Shown piece after piece: positions 24,403 to 37,373 of a stretch of 64,000 bases of DNA. The translations under genes and the position numbers were made by a program. The first letter of the stretch is position 1, and the number at the start of each line of letters is the position of its first letter. This stretch comes from Macrostomum hystrix (taxonomy: Eukaryota > Animalia > Platyhelminthes): contig CATNEN010000038.1 of the NCBI GenBank assembly GCA_950097015.1, positions 25,234,001 through 25,298,000 on the forward strand, read 5' to 3'. The notes under the pieces were generated by a model, which was not told the DNA's origin, searched no databases, and saw only the letters and a program-made list of their open reading frames with translations.

Positions 24403-25689
24403 ATGATTGCGAAAATTCAAAATGTCGTCATCTTGTCAGCCGTGTTTTGTTCAATTTTACTCGGCAGCGATGTTGTCAGAATGTCGATGGCTAGCGCTGA
24501 TGTTGCCGCCATGTGGTGCGCCTGGACGCAGTGGAGCTGTCGCAAAGTGCCAGATAGCTCCACCGCTTGCCTAATGATGCGAAGTCGTAGATGCTGTCGA
24601 GTACAATCGGCAGACTATAGCGGTGCGCAAGCAACATGGTGTAACGGCAGCGGTGTGCAAGCTGTTCCAGGTAGCATTCTCAATCATGCTGCCAGGTGTT
24701 CAGTCACAAAAAATCGAGTTGGCACTTTGACTACAACCTCCACCTGTAGAATGGTTTCTTGGCGGTAAGTTTATTAGCCAGTCCATGGACTGATTCCCAC
24801 GGGGCCTGAACTGAACTGAACTGACTGAACAGCTGTCTAATCTCTCACTATATGACTATTAATCAATCTTCAAATCCGTTCCGACAGTAACACAGACTGG
24901 AAATTCAGCAATCCGGAAGTTTTAGCGAACCAATCTTCAGCTTCGATTTCGCCAGTTCAACAGTGTTCCTGCTCTGCTGGCGACTCAGGCGAAGACGTTG
25001 ACGTTGAAACATCGGCCGGATCAACGCTGCGACCGCCAACGCTGGCTGTGGCCTGGGATTTGCTCATCGCCGTGGCATGCGGTAGCGTCGCAATCGCCGG
25101 TGTCAGCGTCTGGTGCGTCGCCAGATTGCGACGATTCAAAATTCAATCTGAGAGGTTGCGAGCTGCTTCGGGAACGCAATGGATGGGGTTGGTGCTCGGA
25201 TTTCAAACGCCAACCAATGATAGCCTTGCTTGGTTTGCTGCTGGTTTAGCTTTGTTCCTTCTTCCACGAATCAGAGATTAGTTAGGCTTTGGTTAGTTTA
25301 GTTTGTTAGTTTTTCCTCTAACCAATCAGAGATTAAGGCGCTTCATATCCAACCAATTAGATATTATTGTCTTCTTAAACAACCACATCGATATATCAGG
25401 TTTCTTTGCCCAACCAATCAAAGAAATCAACATTATTTTCAAAGAAACCAGAAAAAAAGGTTTTTCACTTCTTCTAGCTAATTCTCATAATTTCATCGCC
25501 CGCAGGACGTTGGTTCGCTTCGATCGTATAACAGAACGCATCGGCGATCCGCTAACTGGAAGTAGCGCCGCAGGCAGTTTTAGTCTATGGCCGAGACCTC
25601 CGCCGTACTCTCCGCTCGCCAGCCAACAGATCGCAAACTGTTCCGAACCACCGCCACCGTACAGTGAATTTGTTTCTGACCAGGCTTGA
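24403..25689 (+). CDS. Type-I membrane protein: Cys-rich ectodomain, one TM helix, two PPxY motifs; exons 24403-24764, 24888-25154, 25506-25689
   Basis: Signal-peptide-like start, WCAWTQWSC (TSP1-like WxxWxxW), TM LLIAVACGSVAIAGVSVWCVA followed by RLRR, tail PPPYS and PPPPYS; both phase-2 junctions join in frame. Confidence 0.75.
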
Positions 25690-26291
25690 TTTTTGACTAG
25701 TTCTACTCGACTTTCTGTGTTTTTTAAACAAAAATTTTTTTTTGTAAATGTGTCCAAATATTTTTTGCGTAGAGACAAAAAAATCGGTCAAGAAGTAAGA
25801 TTTTCCCAATTTTTTTCAGTTACTTGATGGCACCTGACACGACATTTGAACCACACCTTTTTATATTTAAAGTTAAGAACCTTTTTATGTTATTTTTATT
25901 TATTTTTGCATTTCTTGCGAATTGGTTTTAATCATTATACCCAAAATATTAGTACCTAAATATGCATACTTTAATTTTAGTTAAGATTTTTTGAATAAAT
26001 TGTTTCTTGAACTTACAAGACAAGAACATTACAAGAAACTGTTAGAACACTGTTCCATTATAGAATTACATAATCTAGTAAACACATGCTTTTTACGTGT
26101 CAAAGAGTGCTAGCTAAATATAACAAAATGATTTCGTTATTGCTTCTTTGTTAAAACTTTCTTTGTCTTGTCGTTTAAATAATGATTTCTTAGAAACAGC
26201 TCTTTCAATCACCAATAAAATTGAATCCTCATAAATAATTTCAGGAAGAGTTAAATTAAAATTAAAGCAATATTTTGTTTAATCTGGTCCA

Positions 26292-29200
26292 ATGAACAGC
26301 CAATCAGTGCACTCGGTGTACACACCACGCGACTCGCTTGACGTCGCTGCACCAGCTTCCGGCGTTGTCGCTGGAAAACGGATTGGCCACGCCAAGTTTA
26401 ACCATCCTGAAGACAACGACGAAGACTTCGAAGCTGACTCTGTTGAAGGTGACGAAGAAGAATACGACGATCGAGATGATGACGAAGTGGAGGAGGAGGA
26501 CTATGAAGACGACGCAAACATCGGATTGAATGAGCAGCAGAAAGTCTACGTGGATTATCCGCATGACAAGGAGGACGATAATGAGTACCGGTTTGTCAGT
26601 AGCCGCATTGGAGACGAAACGGACGATGCGAATACCAAAGCCTACGGCGCACAGCAGAGGGTGAGTGCCAATGTTTTCACCTGGAACCAGAGGTCCCTGA
26701 GCTCGATTCCGCGACAAGGTACATGATGATAGCTCCCAAACCAAGTGACCGATTTTCGTGAAATTCCTTCGTATGAATCAACTTTTTACGCCCCTTCCGA
26801 TAAGCTAACCTTTAAAAGCCGTCCGACGGGTGTTTCGGTGTTTCCCGTCGAAGACCATGATGTCGTTGAATATCTCGTCGATGCCGATGCTTTGAGATTC
26901 TGGACATTGTGTCATCGGACAGAGCGGAAAATTTTCCTGGCGATTAGCTAAGTATTTTAGCGATGAGACTAAGAATGAAAAGCGTGGGTATTTGAAATTC
27001 CTCCCCGAGGTATTTCTACTGTTAAGAGCCAAACCCAATAAGGGCCAAGGCACAGTGAGAATGTACTCTGCCTGAGGATGAAAAATTCAGGGCAGATTTA
27101 CAAACGTTTTTTCCTATCATTCGTACACGTCAGGAACTCCAGCAGCAGCAGCAGCATCGTCATCATCATCGCTATCAAGCCATGGACCTGTCGCCAACTG
27201 GAGAGTTCAGTCATCGGCATGGCACCGCAGCCGAGCCGCTGCCTGTCTATGGTCAAAAGACTCCGTCGCTACCTAGAGACAGAAGCGAACTTGAGGCAGC
27301 GACCGAGAACAAAGCTGACAGTGATTTGGCTGGCGAGATACGCTACCAGGCCGAAATGCAGAGAAGACTCGACCTGATGGCAAGCCAGGTGTGTTGACTA
27401 ACTCACGGTTGGAGCTGTTTAGAAATATTTTTCCTGATAGAATACCTTATAAATAAAGGTACCCTAGAGCTGTCTAGAAGCTGTCTAGAGCTGTCTAGAA
27501 CAGGTACGCCATCATTCGCTATCTAACAAGTAACACAGTCAGTTTAGAACAGGCAGCCATCATTCGATTATCTAACGGGGTTACCAAGACTATTTCAAAG
27601 CGCTTTTATAATGGTCTCACTGAAGATGGCAAAGCTCGACAAGCGAGGAACTGAAGACGGTGGAGTGCCCAGACTGGACCTGCTGCACATGGAGGACGCC
27701 ACGGCGTCACAGCAGCATCTTTATCGCGACTCGCTCGACATCGACCTGCGCGACAATGACACGGAAGAAACGGACGAAGATGAAACCGCTGTCGGTCGGC
27801 ATCCAAAGCCGAGTCAGCTGCCGTCCAAGCACCGCAAGCCGGCGCAGGATTTGTCTTCGCATCGTAGGGCCGAAATTGATCACGTGACCCGGCTAAGCCG
27901 CCAACTTGGCGGATTACAAATCGAGCCGGATTATTACGACAGCGGCCGAAATCCGCCAAGTGAATCTGCTGCGGCGGACACTACAGGTAGATCGGCTGCT
28001 GCTGCTGCTGCCATACCCACGGCCGAGGATCTAGAGTTTCTAAGAAAGCTGAAGCGAGACTTAGTCTACGGTGGACAGGCGGGACCGCATCAGCAGCTCA
28101 TGGACAACGAGGCGTCTCCAATTAGACCAGAGTCGTTGAGGCAGCCGCTGCCACAGGTAATTCAGAGAAATGCGATTTTTAATCAACAAGGTTTTCCGAT
28201 TTCTAAAACCGCCTCCGTTTTCCTGCCTGAATTTACTGTAGGTCAAGCACTCCGAGCAGCAGCAAGCCATTAAGAAGCAGCAGCAGCAGTCGAGATCGAA
28301 ACTAATCGCCCAACAGCAACAGCAGCAGCAGCAGCAGCAGTTACTATCAGACAAAGACTTTGTAGAGGAGAATAAAAAATTGCCAACTAACAGGCTCCCA
28401 ACAAAGTCCTACGGGAAAATTTATCGTGAAAAACGAGAGAAGCCGCAGCAGCGTAAGGTTGCTGCCGTTAAACAACAGCAGCAGCAGCAGCCGCAGCAGC
28501 AGCAGCAACGGGCACCTCAGCAGCACGGCATCGCTCTCGATGAAAGCCTGGAGGTAACTCACCTAGACGACCAATCACCGTCAGAGCAGGTCTGGATGTC
28601 CCGCATGGCAGCGTTGCAATCGCTTGGAAGCGGAACGCAGCAGAGGAAACAGCAGGCTTCGGGAACTGTTGCTGCTGTTGCTGCTGCTGGAGCAGTCTCT
28701 AAGCAAACCAGCGCTGATCCTCGACTGCAGGGACTGCAACAGAAGCGACAGCAGCATCAGCGACAAGTTGAGGAAATACAGGTGAGCTTTAGTAGCGGTA
28801 ATATTACTCTGGCGGCGGCGGAGAGAAGGCTTGAGGGGCTTTTCGTGCAGTTTAAGCCTATGATGGCCAACCTCTTAGGTCTGTGGAATGGGCATACCAA
28901 AGTTTTTCCTAGAAATCAAAATCAACCCGTGCAACAGCGCCTATCTTTTGCACTTTCTCCAGCGTCACTCTGTCCCGATTGATCGCATGATGCACGGCGC
29001 GGACGAGGAGACACTGGCCCGAGCTGAAGCCTACAATTGGCCTTATCAGCAACAGCAGCAGCAGCCGCCGCCTTTAGCTCATTACGTAACCGCTTATGAT
29101 GTCAACGGTCAGCCAGTGACTGTACCAGTTGCAGCGCCGATGCCTCCGCCACAGGCCTTTGTGTACCCCTACCAGGCAGCATTTCCTGTCTATGGCGTTC

Positions 29201-29887
29201 CGCCTATGATGCCACCATCACACCTGCAGCAGCAGCAGCAGCAGTACGTGATGATGCCTCAGGTAATGAGACTGATTATACTATTCTGATGTTTTTAAAA
29301 AGGTGAACGACTATTTAAAAAAACATAAAAGCGATTGGACGAACAGATGACGTCAATGGCAAGCATAAGACCTGACAGTAAAACATAATATCACTGTCCA
29401 AAACATGACGTCACTGTCTAAAAAACAGCGTCATCATAAAAAATATGACGTCACTATAAAAATATGACGTCACTATAAAAATATGACGTCACAGTCTAAA
29501 AGATAGCATTATTCTCCTAATTTTGGAATCAATGTACAGAAGATTTACTTTCTTAAAATAAAAGATGACGCCACTGTCTAAAACATGGCCTCATTGTCTA
29601 AAGCATGACGTCACTGTCCGGAACATGTCGTCACTATCTAAATCATATCGTTACTGTCTAAAACATTACGTCACTTTCTAAAACATGACGTCATTCTCTA
29701 AAAACTGACGTTACTATATAAAGTATGACGTTACTTTATACAACATGACGTCATTGTCTAAAAATTTTTATAACGGAATGTTAGATATCGTTATACTAGT
29801 AAGCAATCTCTTATGATAGTCGTCACTTTATGATTCGTTTGTCTATAATGCTATCGTACACTAAATACTTTAACAGATGCAACAGTT

Positions 29888-29924
<37 letters not shown>

Positions 29925-32900
29925 CAGCAGCAGCAGCAGCAGCAGCAGCTATATCGCCAATCGCCCAGAGTGAATCTAAGCCAATCGTTCGATGCCGCGG
30001 CCACAGCCGCTTCGCCGCGAATGGTGGTGGACGAGTCGACACTAAATCGTCAGTTCAAATATGTGGGCACGAAATTGGCCGGCACAATGTCGCGCTCGCC
30101 ACCTGGAAAGTACAACCCGCTGCCGCCGATTCCTGGAGGCGGCGGTGGTGGGGGCGCAGTCGTGGCCAAACGAATCGACAGCAAAGAGCTGGACAAGGTG
30201 AGAGGGCAGGGGCGATTGCATTAACTGATTTTTATGCATAATTTTATGGGAAGTAATAAACATTAACAGTAGAACTACCCTGACAACTTTTTTTGCTACA
30301 CCCGAACGGAACAATGCAAGCACACGAAACTCAAGAAAACGGGCCAACTTTTTGTTGCGCATCTTCTGAAACAAAGAAACAAGTCGCCAGCTCTTCAGAC
30401 TGTCGAGATATTCAATGTTTCGGGCCGAAGGTCCGATTTTTCCCATAAGAGCTAGTGTATTTCATACACCCCTATACACGAATTAGCACTGCGCCTCAGT
30501 GCGGCCTTGCCAGGCCTTCAAAATTGATCAGCATGTCACCCGAGTGTGCCTGCACCATCTCCGTGTTCGGTGGTCACCTACCTTTATCTAGACGGAGCAG
30601 CTGGACCTTAAACAATTAATAGTTGAGTTTAGGCCAATATCGAGTCTTTATTAGAGAAAGTAGAAAAATTCGCTTTAGGGACTCCATTGCCAGCTGGAGG
30701 CACCCTGCTGACGGTGCTGACGGCGTCGGGGTGGTGACTGATTGGTTGACGGACTAGAGGAGCATGTGAAGTAGTTGAGTGTTGCCCAATGTCGAGGCTT
30801 GATCAGCGAAAGTAGAGAAATTCGCTTTAGGGACTGGTTAGTCGGCTGGTGCCACTTGTTGAAGGTCCAGCAGCTCCGTCTAGATAGTGTATGAAATACA
30901 CTAGCTCTTATGGGAAAAATCGGACCTTCGGCCAGAAACATTGAATATCTCGACGGTCTGAAGAGCTGGCGACTTGTTTCTTTGTTTCAGAAGATGCGCA
31001 ACAAAAAGATGGCCCGTGTTCTTGAGTTTCGTGTGCTTGCATTGTTCCGTTCGGGTGCAGCAAAAAAAATTGTCAGGGGGGGGAAATTCGATCCCCCCCC
31101 TTGGTATAAAAACGGGCGGCAAAATGGCTTGGTAGTCCTACTGTTAAGACTACAAAGCCATTTAGCCGCCCGTTCTTATACCAAAAGCCTTGAAAACTTT
31201 TTTGGCAGCGCTGAAATGCTAACAGCGTTGGGTGGTGACTGATTGGTTGACAGAATAGTCGATGGTGTCCTGTGATTGAGCTGCGCCTAATATTTCGGCT
31301 TTATCAGTGAAATTGAAGAAATTCGCGTCAGGGTGTCCATAGTGGCCTAGTTCCACCTTTTGTAGCCCTTGAAGGTCCATCAGTCCGTTTAGATAAAGGT
31401 AGGTGAAGACGGAGATGATGCAGGCACATTCGGGTGACATGCTGATCAATTTTGAAGGTCTGGCAAGGCCGCACTGAGGCACAGTGCTAATTTGTGTATA
31501 GCGTACAAGCGTCCAAGTTGAGAATAGCGTAAAAGTGTTCAAATAAATCTCGCGTACCTTTTTAAATGCACAATTGAATTTTCAAATGCGCACACAATTA
31601 ACTAATACCTAACAGTTTGTGCCGTGTTGCAAAATATTTTTTTCATTTCTAATAATCAAACAACTCAAACTAACTTAATCTCTGCTGATTGTGAATCGAC
31701 AATTAACTCCCTAAACTGTCCAGCTAACCAAGACAATCATAGCGACAACCGTTGATTCTCATCGACACCAAGAACGTCCGGCAGCCACCAGACGTGCAGC
31801 CTCACAAACTTCGGGTACTGAAGCTACAGAGACAACCGAAGATCGAACTGTCACGGAGTTGCAGTTTGAATCCAGTGCTAGCGGTGGATACCTTTCAGAG
31901 GTAGAATAATATCAGCGTAATTTTTTCCGGCTTTAAATTTACGATGCTAAATTTATGGCGAGAATTTGAATTCTCTACACTGGTTTGTAACTATTAAACG
32001 CTTCTTTGTACTTATGCAACTTGTGTAAGCTAGTATTTAAGCTAGAGTTTTGCTTAAATCTCTTAGTTTATTTATGATTTTATTCGAACATTTATTACGA
32101 ACGTGTTTTCAAAACAGTTTTACACCAATAGATATATATTGTGCGTTTTTTCCTTATTGGCTTCTCACAATCTTTACTAGCCTACTTGCGTAAGTAGTCT
32201 GTTCTGCAATTGATTTCCTATGTAAATAAATAACAAAATAAATCTAAAAACCTTCAGGAGGTGAGCGGCTATTCCAGCAAGTTCCAGCAGGCGGCCACCT
32301 CGCCAGGCTACACTCCGTACAGTGTGAGCGACTTTCAGAATCTGAAATCGGTCGCCTCATTGGGCGGTCTGGGACACGATAAAGAGAATGACGGCTATAG
32401 GATTTCCGTGAGTATTAAAAGGACCACTATTTTAAATTTCAATCTTGTTGGCGTTTTTATTTGTTTATTTGACACGTCGTTAAAAATTACCTGAATTCAA
32501 GGCTAGTGAGAGGAGAAAGATTTTGGAAATTTGTGAAGCTGCACTTTTAACTTTTACTTTGGAAATACAAAATATTAAATAAGAATTTATCACTAATTAC
32601 TAATTAACTTTCACTATTGATCTGCCCCAATCGGGTCAGATGTGCAGCCGACAGCACAGCCGCAGCCGGTACCCATTAACTTGTCTTGCTAAGGGACACA
32701 AATTGTTCCAGTAGAGTCGGGAATCGAACCCCCGAACTTCCCTGTCCTATAGCAAAAGTTTTTTAATTAAAAAATTTAGAAATATGAGAATAACTAGGTA
32801 GCTTAAAGGGAAAGACAAGGAAAAACATGAGGAGAGAGAATTGAAGACAAGGGGATATAGAATGCGAGACAGGGAGAGAAAGAATGAGAGACAGGGGGAG

Positions 32901-35900
32901 ATAGAATTAGAGACAGGGGCAGAGAGAATGAGAGACAGGGGCAGAGAAAATGAGAGACAGGGGAAGAGAGAATGAGAGACAGGGGGAAAGAGAATGAGAG
33001 ACAGGGGCAGAGAGAATTAGAGACAGGGGGGGAGAGAATGAGAGACAGGGGGAGAGAGAATGAGAGACATGGGGAGAGAGAATTAGAGACATGGGGAGAG
33101 AGAATGAGAGACATGGGGAGAGAGAATGAGAGACAGGGGTAGAGAGAATGAGAGACAGGGGCAGAGAGAATGAGAGACAGGGAGAGAGAGAATGAGAGAC
33201 AGGGAGAGAGAGAATGAGAGACAGGGGGAGAGAGAATGAGAAACAGTGAGAGAGAGAATGACAGATATATTTAGAGAATGAGAGACGGGGGGGAGAGAGA
33301 ATGAGAGACAGGGAGAGAGAGAATGAGAGACAGGGGGAGAGAGAATGAGAGACAGGGGGAGAGAGAATGAGAGACAGTGAGAGAGAGAATGACGGATATA
33401 TTTAGAGAATGAGAGACGGGGAATTGAGTTAGTAAATCATTTTAACAAAGTATTTCTTTTGAAGTTTACTGAAATCGTTCACCTGTAACAAATGAATTCA
33501 GCATCAGCTCTACAAGAAGAAGCAGCAGTACGCTAAGGCCATTAACGAGCGAAATCGTGTCACCATGGTTACTGCCGACAAGACACAGCAACCCCAGCAG
33601 CAGCAGCAGCAGCAGCAGCAGCAAGTATCTTCAAGACTTCAAGCTGACGATAAGCCAAAGATTGAACAGCAACAGACAACAACAACAACGCAACAGTCTG
33701 CAGAAAGTAAGAAAGATAAACAGGAACAAACTCAGCAGCAGCAGCAGCAGCAAAGGGCGCAGCAAATTGATTCGAAAACTGGCCAAACGTTAAGCGAAGC
33801 TGAATTTCTAGCCAAACAAGAGGCTCAGGGGAAGCGAATGAGGGTGAGGATATGTTTTGGGACTGGCCTAGTTCATGTGTCGCTCTAAGAAAATCTAATA
33901 TAGCGGATATAAAATTAGGATAAGCTGATAAAGGAATTTGCAAGCTAAAATCAATATTGACCACTTAAATAAATATAAAATTATTGAGGCACTATACCTT
34001 AAACAAACTTTTGACTTCGAAAACACTCTTATTACAGGCTTAGTTCTCACCGCATCAAAAAATCTCAATATTGCAAACTTTTTCTTAACTTGTTTCAGAT
34101 GAAACAGTACTCAAAGAGTTTACAGAATAATAAACAGCAGCAGCAGCAGCAGCAGCAGACTCAGTCGAAGAAGCCGCCAGTCAAGTCGAATCATCAGCAA
34201 CAGCAAAAGTCATCTGCAGATGTTGACAAGGTATTCTACGGTTCGAAGCAATGCCAGGACGCAGTAGGGAATGTCAGGACACAGTAGGGAATGTCAGGAC
34301 ACAGTAGGGAATGTCAGGACACAGTAGGGAATGTCAGGACACGGTAGGGAATGTCAGGACACAGTTGGGAATGTCAGGACACAGTAGGGAATGTCAGGAC
34401 ACAGTAGGGAATGTCAGGACACAGTAGGGAATGTCAGGACACGGTAGGGAATGTCAGGACACAGTAGGGAATGTCAGGACACAGTAGGGAATGTCAGGAC
34501 ACAGTAGGGAATGTCAGCACACAGTTGGGAATGTCAGGACACAGTAGGGAATGTCAGGACACGGTAGGGAATGTCAGGACACAGTAGGGAATGTCAGCAC
34601 AGAGTTGGGAATGTCAGGACACGGTAGGGAATGTCAGGACACAGTAGGGAATGTCAGGACACAGTAGGGAATGTCAGGACACAGTAGGGAATGTCAGGAC
34701 ACAGTAGGGAATGTCAAGACACGGTAGGGAATGTCGGAACACAGTTGGGAATGTCAGAACACAGTAGGGAATGTCAGGACACAGTAGGGAATGTCAGGAC
34801 ACAGTAGGGAATGTCAGGACACAGTAGGGAATGTCAGGACACGGTAGGGAATGTCAGGACATAGTGGGGAATGTCAGGACACAGTAGGGAATGTCAGGAC
34901 ACAGTAGGGAATGTCAGCACACAGTAGGGAATGTCAGCACAGAGTTGGGAATGTCAGGACACAGTAGGGAATGTCAGGACACAGTAGGGAATGTCAGGAC
35001 ATAGTAGGGAATGTCAGGACACAGTAGGGAATGTCAGGACACAGTAGGGAATGTCAGGACACAGTAGGGAATGTCAGCACACAGTAGGGAATGTCAGCAC
35101 ACAGTTGGGAATGTCAGGACACAGTAGGGAATGTCAGGACACAGTAGGGAATGTCAGGACACGGTAGGGAATGTCAGCACAGAGTTGGGAATGTCAGGAC
35201 ACAGTAGGGAATGTCAGGACACAGTAGGGAATGTCAGCACAGAGTTGGGAATGTCAGGACACAGTAGGGAATGTCAGGACACAGTAGGGAATGTCAGGAC
35301 ACAGTAGGGAATGTCAGGATACAGTTGGGAATGTCAGGACACAGTAGGGAATGTCAGGACACAGTTGGGAATGTCAGGACACAGTAGGGAATGTCAGGAC
35401 ACAGTAGGGAATGTCAGGAAACAGTAGGGAATGTCAGGACACGGTAGGGAATGTCGGAACACAGTTGGGAATGTCAGAACACAGTAGGGAATGTCAGGAC
35501 ACAGTAGGGCATGTCAGAACACAGTAGGGAATGTCAGGACACAGTAGGGAATGTCAGGACACAGTTGGGAATGTCAGGAAACAGTAGGGAATGTAAGGAC
35601 ACGGTAGGGAATGTCGGAACACAGTAGGGAATGTCAGGACACAGTAGGGAATGTCAGGACACAGTAGGGAATGTCAGGACACGGTAGGGAATGTCAGGAC
35701 ACAGTAGGGAATGTCAGGACACAGTAGGGAATGTCAGCACACAGTAGGGAATGTCAGGACACGGTAGGGAATGTCGGAACACAGTTGGGAATGTCAGAAC
35801 ACAGTAGGGAATATCAGGACACAGTAGGGAATGTCAGGACACAGTAGGGAATGTCAGGACACAGTAGGGAATGTCAGGACACAGTAGGGAATGTCAGCAC

Positions 35901-36785
35901 ACAGTAGGGAATGTCAGGACACAGTAGGGAATGTCAGGACACAGTAGGGAATGTCAGCACACAGTAGGGAATGTCAGGACACAGTAGGGAATATCAGGAC
36001 ACAGTAGGGAATGTCAGGACACAGTATAGGGAATATCAGGACACAGTAGGGAATGTCAGGACACAGTAGGGAATGTCAGCACACAGTAGGGAATGTCAGG
36101 ACACAGTAGGGAATGTCAGGACACAGTAGGGAATGTCAGGACACGGTAGGGAATGTCAGGACACAGTAGGGAATGTCAGGACACAGTAGGGAATGTCAGG
36201 ACACAGTAGGGAATGTCAGGACACAGTAGGGAATGTCAGGACACAGTAGGGAATGTAAGGACACGGTAGGGAATGTCAGGACACAGTTGGGAATGTCAGG
36301 ACACGGTAGGGAATGTCAGGACACGGTAGGGAATGTCAGGACACGGTAGTGAATGTCAGGACACAGTAGGGAATGTCAGGACACAGTAGGGAATGTCAGG
36401 ACACAGTAGGGAATGTAAGGACACGGTAGGGAATGTCAGGACACAGTAGGGAATGTCAGGACACAGTAGGGAATGTCAGCACACAGTAGGGAATGTCAGG
36501 ACACGGTAGGGAATGTCGGAACACAGTTGGGAATGTCAGGACACAGTAGGGAATGTAAGGACACGGTAGGGAATGTCGGAACACAGTTGGGAATGTCAGA
36601 ACACAGTTGGGAATGTCAGAACACAGTAGGAAATATCAGGAAACAGTAGGGAACTGAAAGCCAAATTTCTCATCAACTTTCCCTCTCAGCTATTGCACGA
36701 CCCGGAACTGGAACGTCAAATGCAGCGTCACCTCGAAGATAAGAAGCGTTCTGAGACCATCAGGCAGCAGGTGACAGCTTCTTGA
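26292..36785 (+). CDS. JHY: JHY-like (C11orf63) ciliary protein, polyQ-rich, 11 exons: 26292-26660, 27134-27388, 27626-28156, 28242-28781, 28963-29262, 29877-30197, 31724-31900, 32258-32407, 33502-33843, 34099-34230, 36690-36785 (~1070 aa)
   Basis: Continuous frame across GT-AG junctions. C-terminal YTPYSVSDF...LGGLG...QQYAKAINERN...RMKQYSKSL...RHLEDK resembles, from recall, the JHY C-terminal domain. The exon 3 acceptor is the least certain. Confidence 0.75.
29345..29830. repeat. Degenerate ~20-bp AAACATGACGTCACTGTCTA repeat
   Basis: Recurrent units, many containing TGACGTCA. Confidence 0.8.
30277..31501. mobile_element. Fold-back/inverted duplication of a probable non-autonomous DNA element in JHY intron 6
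   Basis: 30277-30469 is reverse-complementary to ~30888-31078; ~30474-30610 to ~31372-31500; internal palindrome at 31105-31180. Confidence 0.7.
32628..32737 (-). mobile_element. SINE family B fragment
   Basis: tcgggtcagatgtgcagccgacagcacagcc...attgttccagtagagtcgggaatcgaacccccga shared with 45165-45450. Confidence 0.75.
32810..33420. repeat. GAGAGAATGAGAGACAGGG minisatellite
   Basis: Tandem purine-rich units. Confidence 0.92.
34255..36653 (+). repeat. 20-bp minisatellite (GGGAATGTCAGGACACAGTA) filling the last JHY intron
   Basis: About 120 tandem units. Confidence 0.97.
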
Positions 36786-37373
36786 AGCAGCCCCATCGTC
36801 CACTAAGCTGGTGATAACCTCACTTGACTTGTCCTATTGAACGTAGGATTTCCAGGAAATATGACAATGTATTGTATTAACTATAAGTTTTTTATTACTT
36901 GACGATTCTAAAAGCGTCGAACAGTTTTGTAAAGAAATATTTTCGATTTCTGTTACCAATTGTCTCGTTTGTTAAAGTGCACTCATCATTTTCCTGGTTT
37001 TTTAAACTAATTAAACACTTTACAAGGTAATAGATCAATTTCAATAATTGTTCTAACTAACGTGTTATTTATATTGAGCCTAGTAAAAGTTACCAGTTGT
37101 TTAATGTTTGATAGTTTCAACAATTTTTTATAGAAATTGTTAGAATAGTTTTACCTAAAACACCTTTAATCCGAATACCGATTGGAATATTTTTTGGCTC
37201 ACAATATTTTACTTTCTCGAAAAATTGACACCGTCTCATAAGTGACCTTCTCTGTAATTATTTTGTTCTGAAAAGTAAATTAAACTCGTGTTCTGCACAA
37301 ATTATAAATAATGGGGAACCTTTTCTGATTTTTTAACAATCAAAAAAAGATACTTGGCGGCTTTATTTGTTTA

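Noticed and set aside
34255-36653. CRISPR-like regular repeats
   Set aside because: Head-to-tail units with no unique spacers, no cas genes, eukaryotic context.
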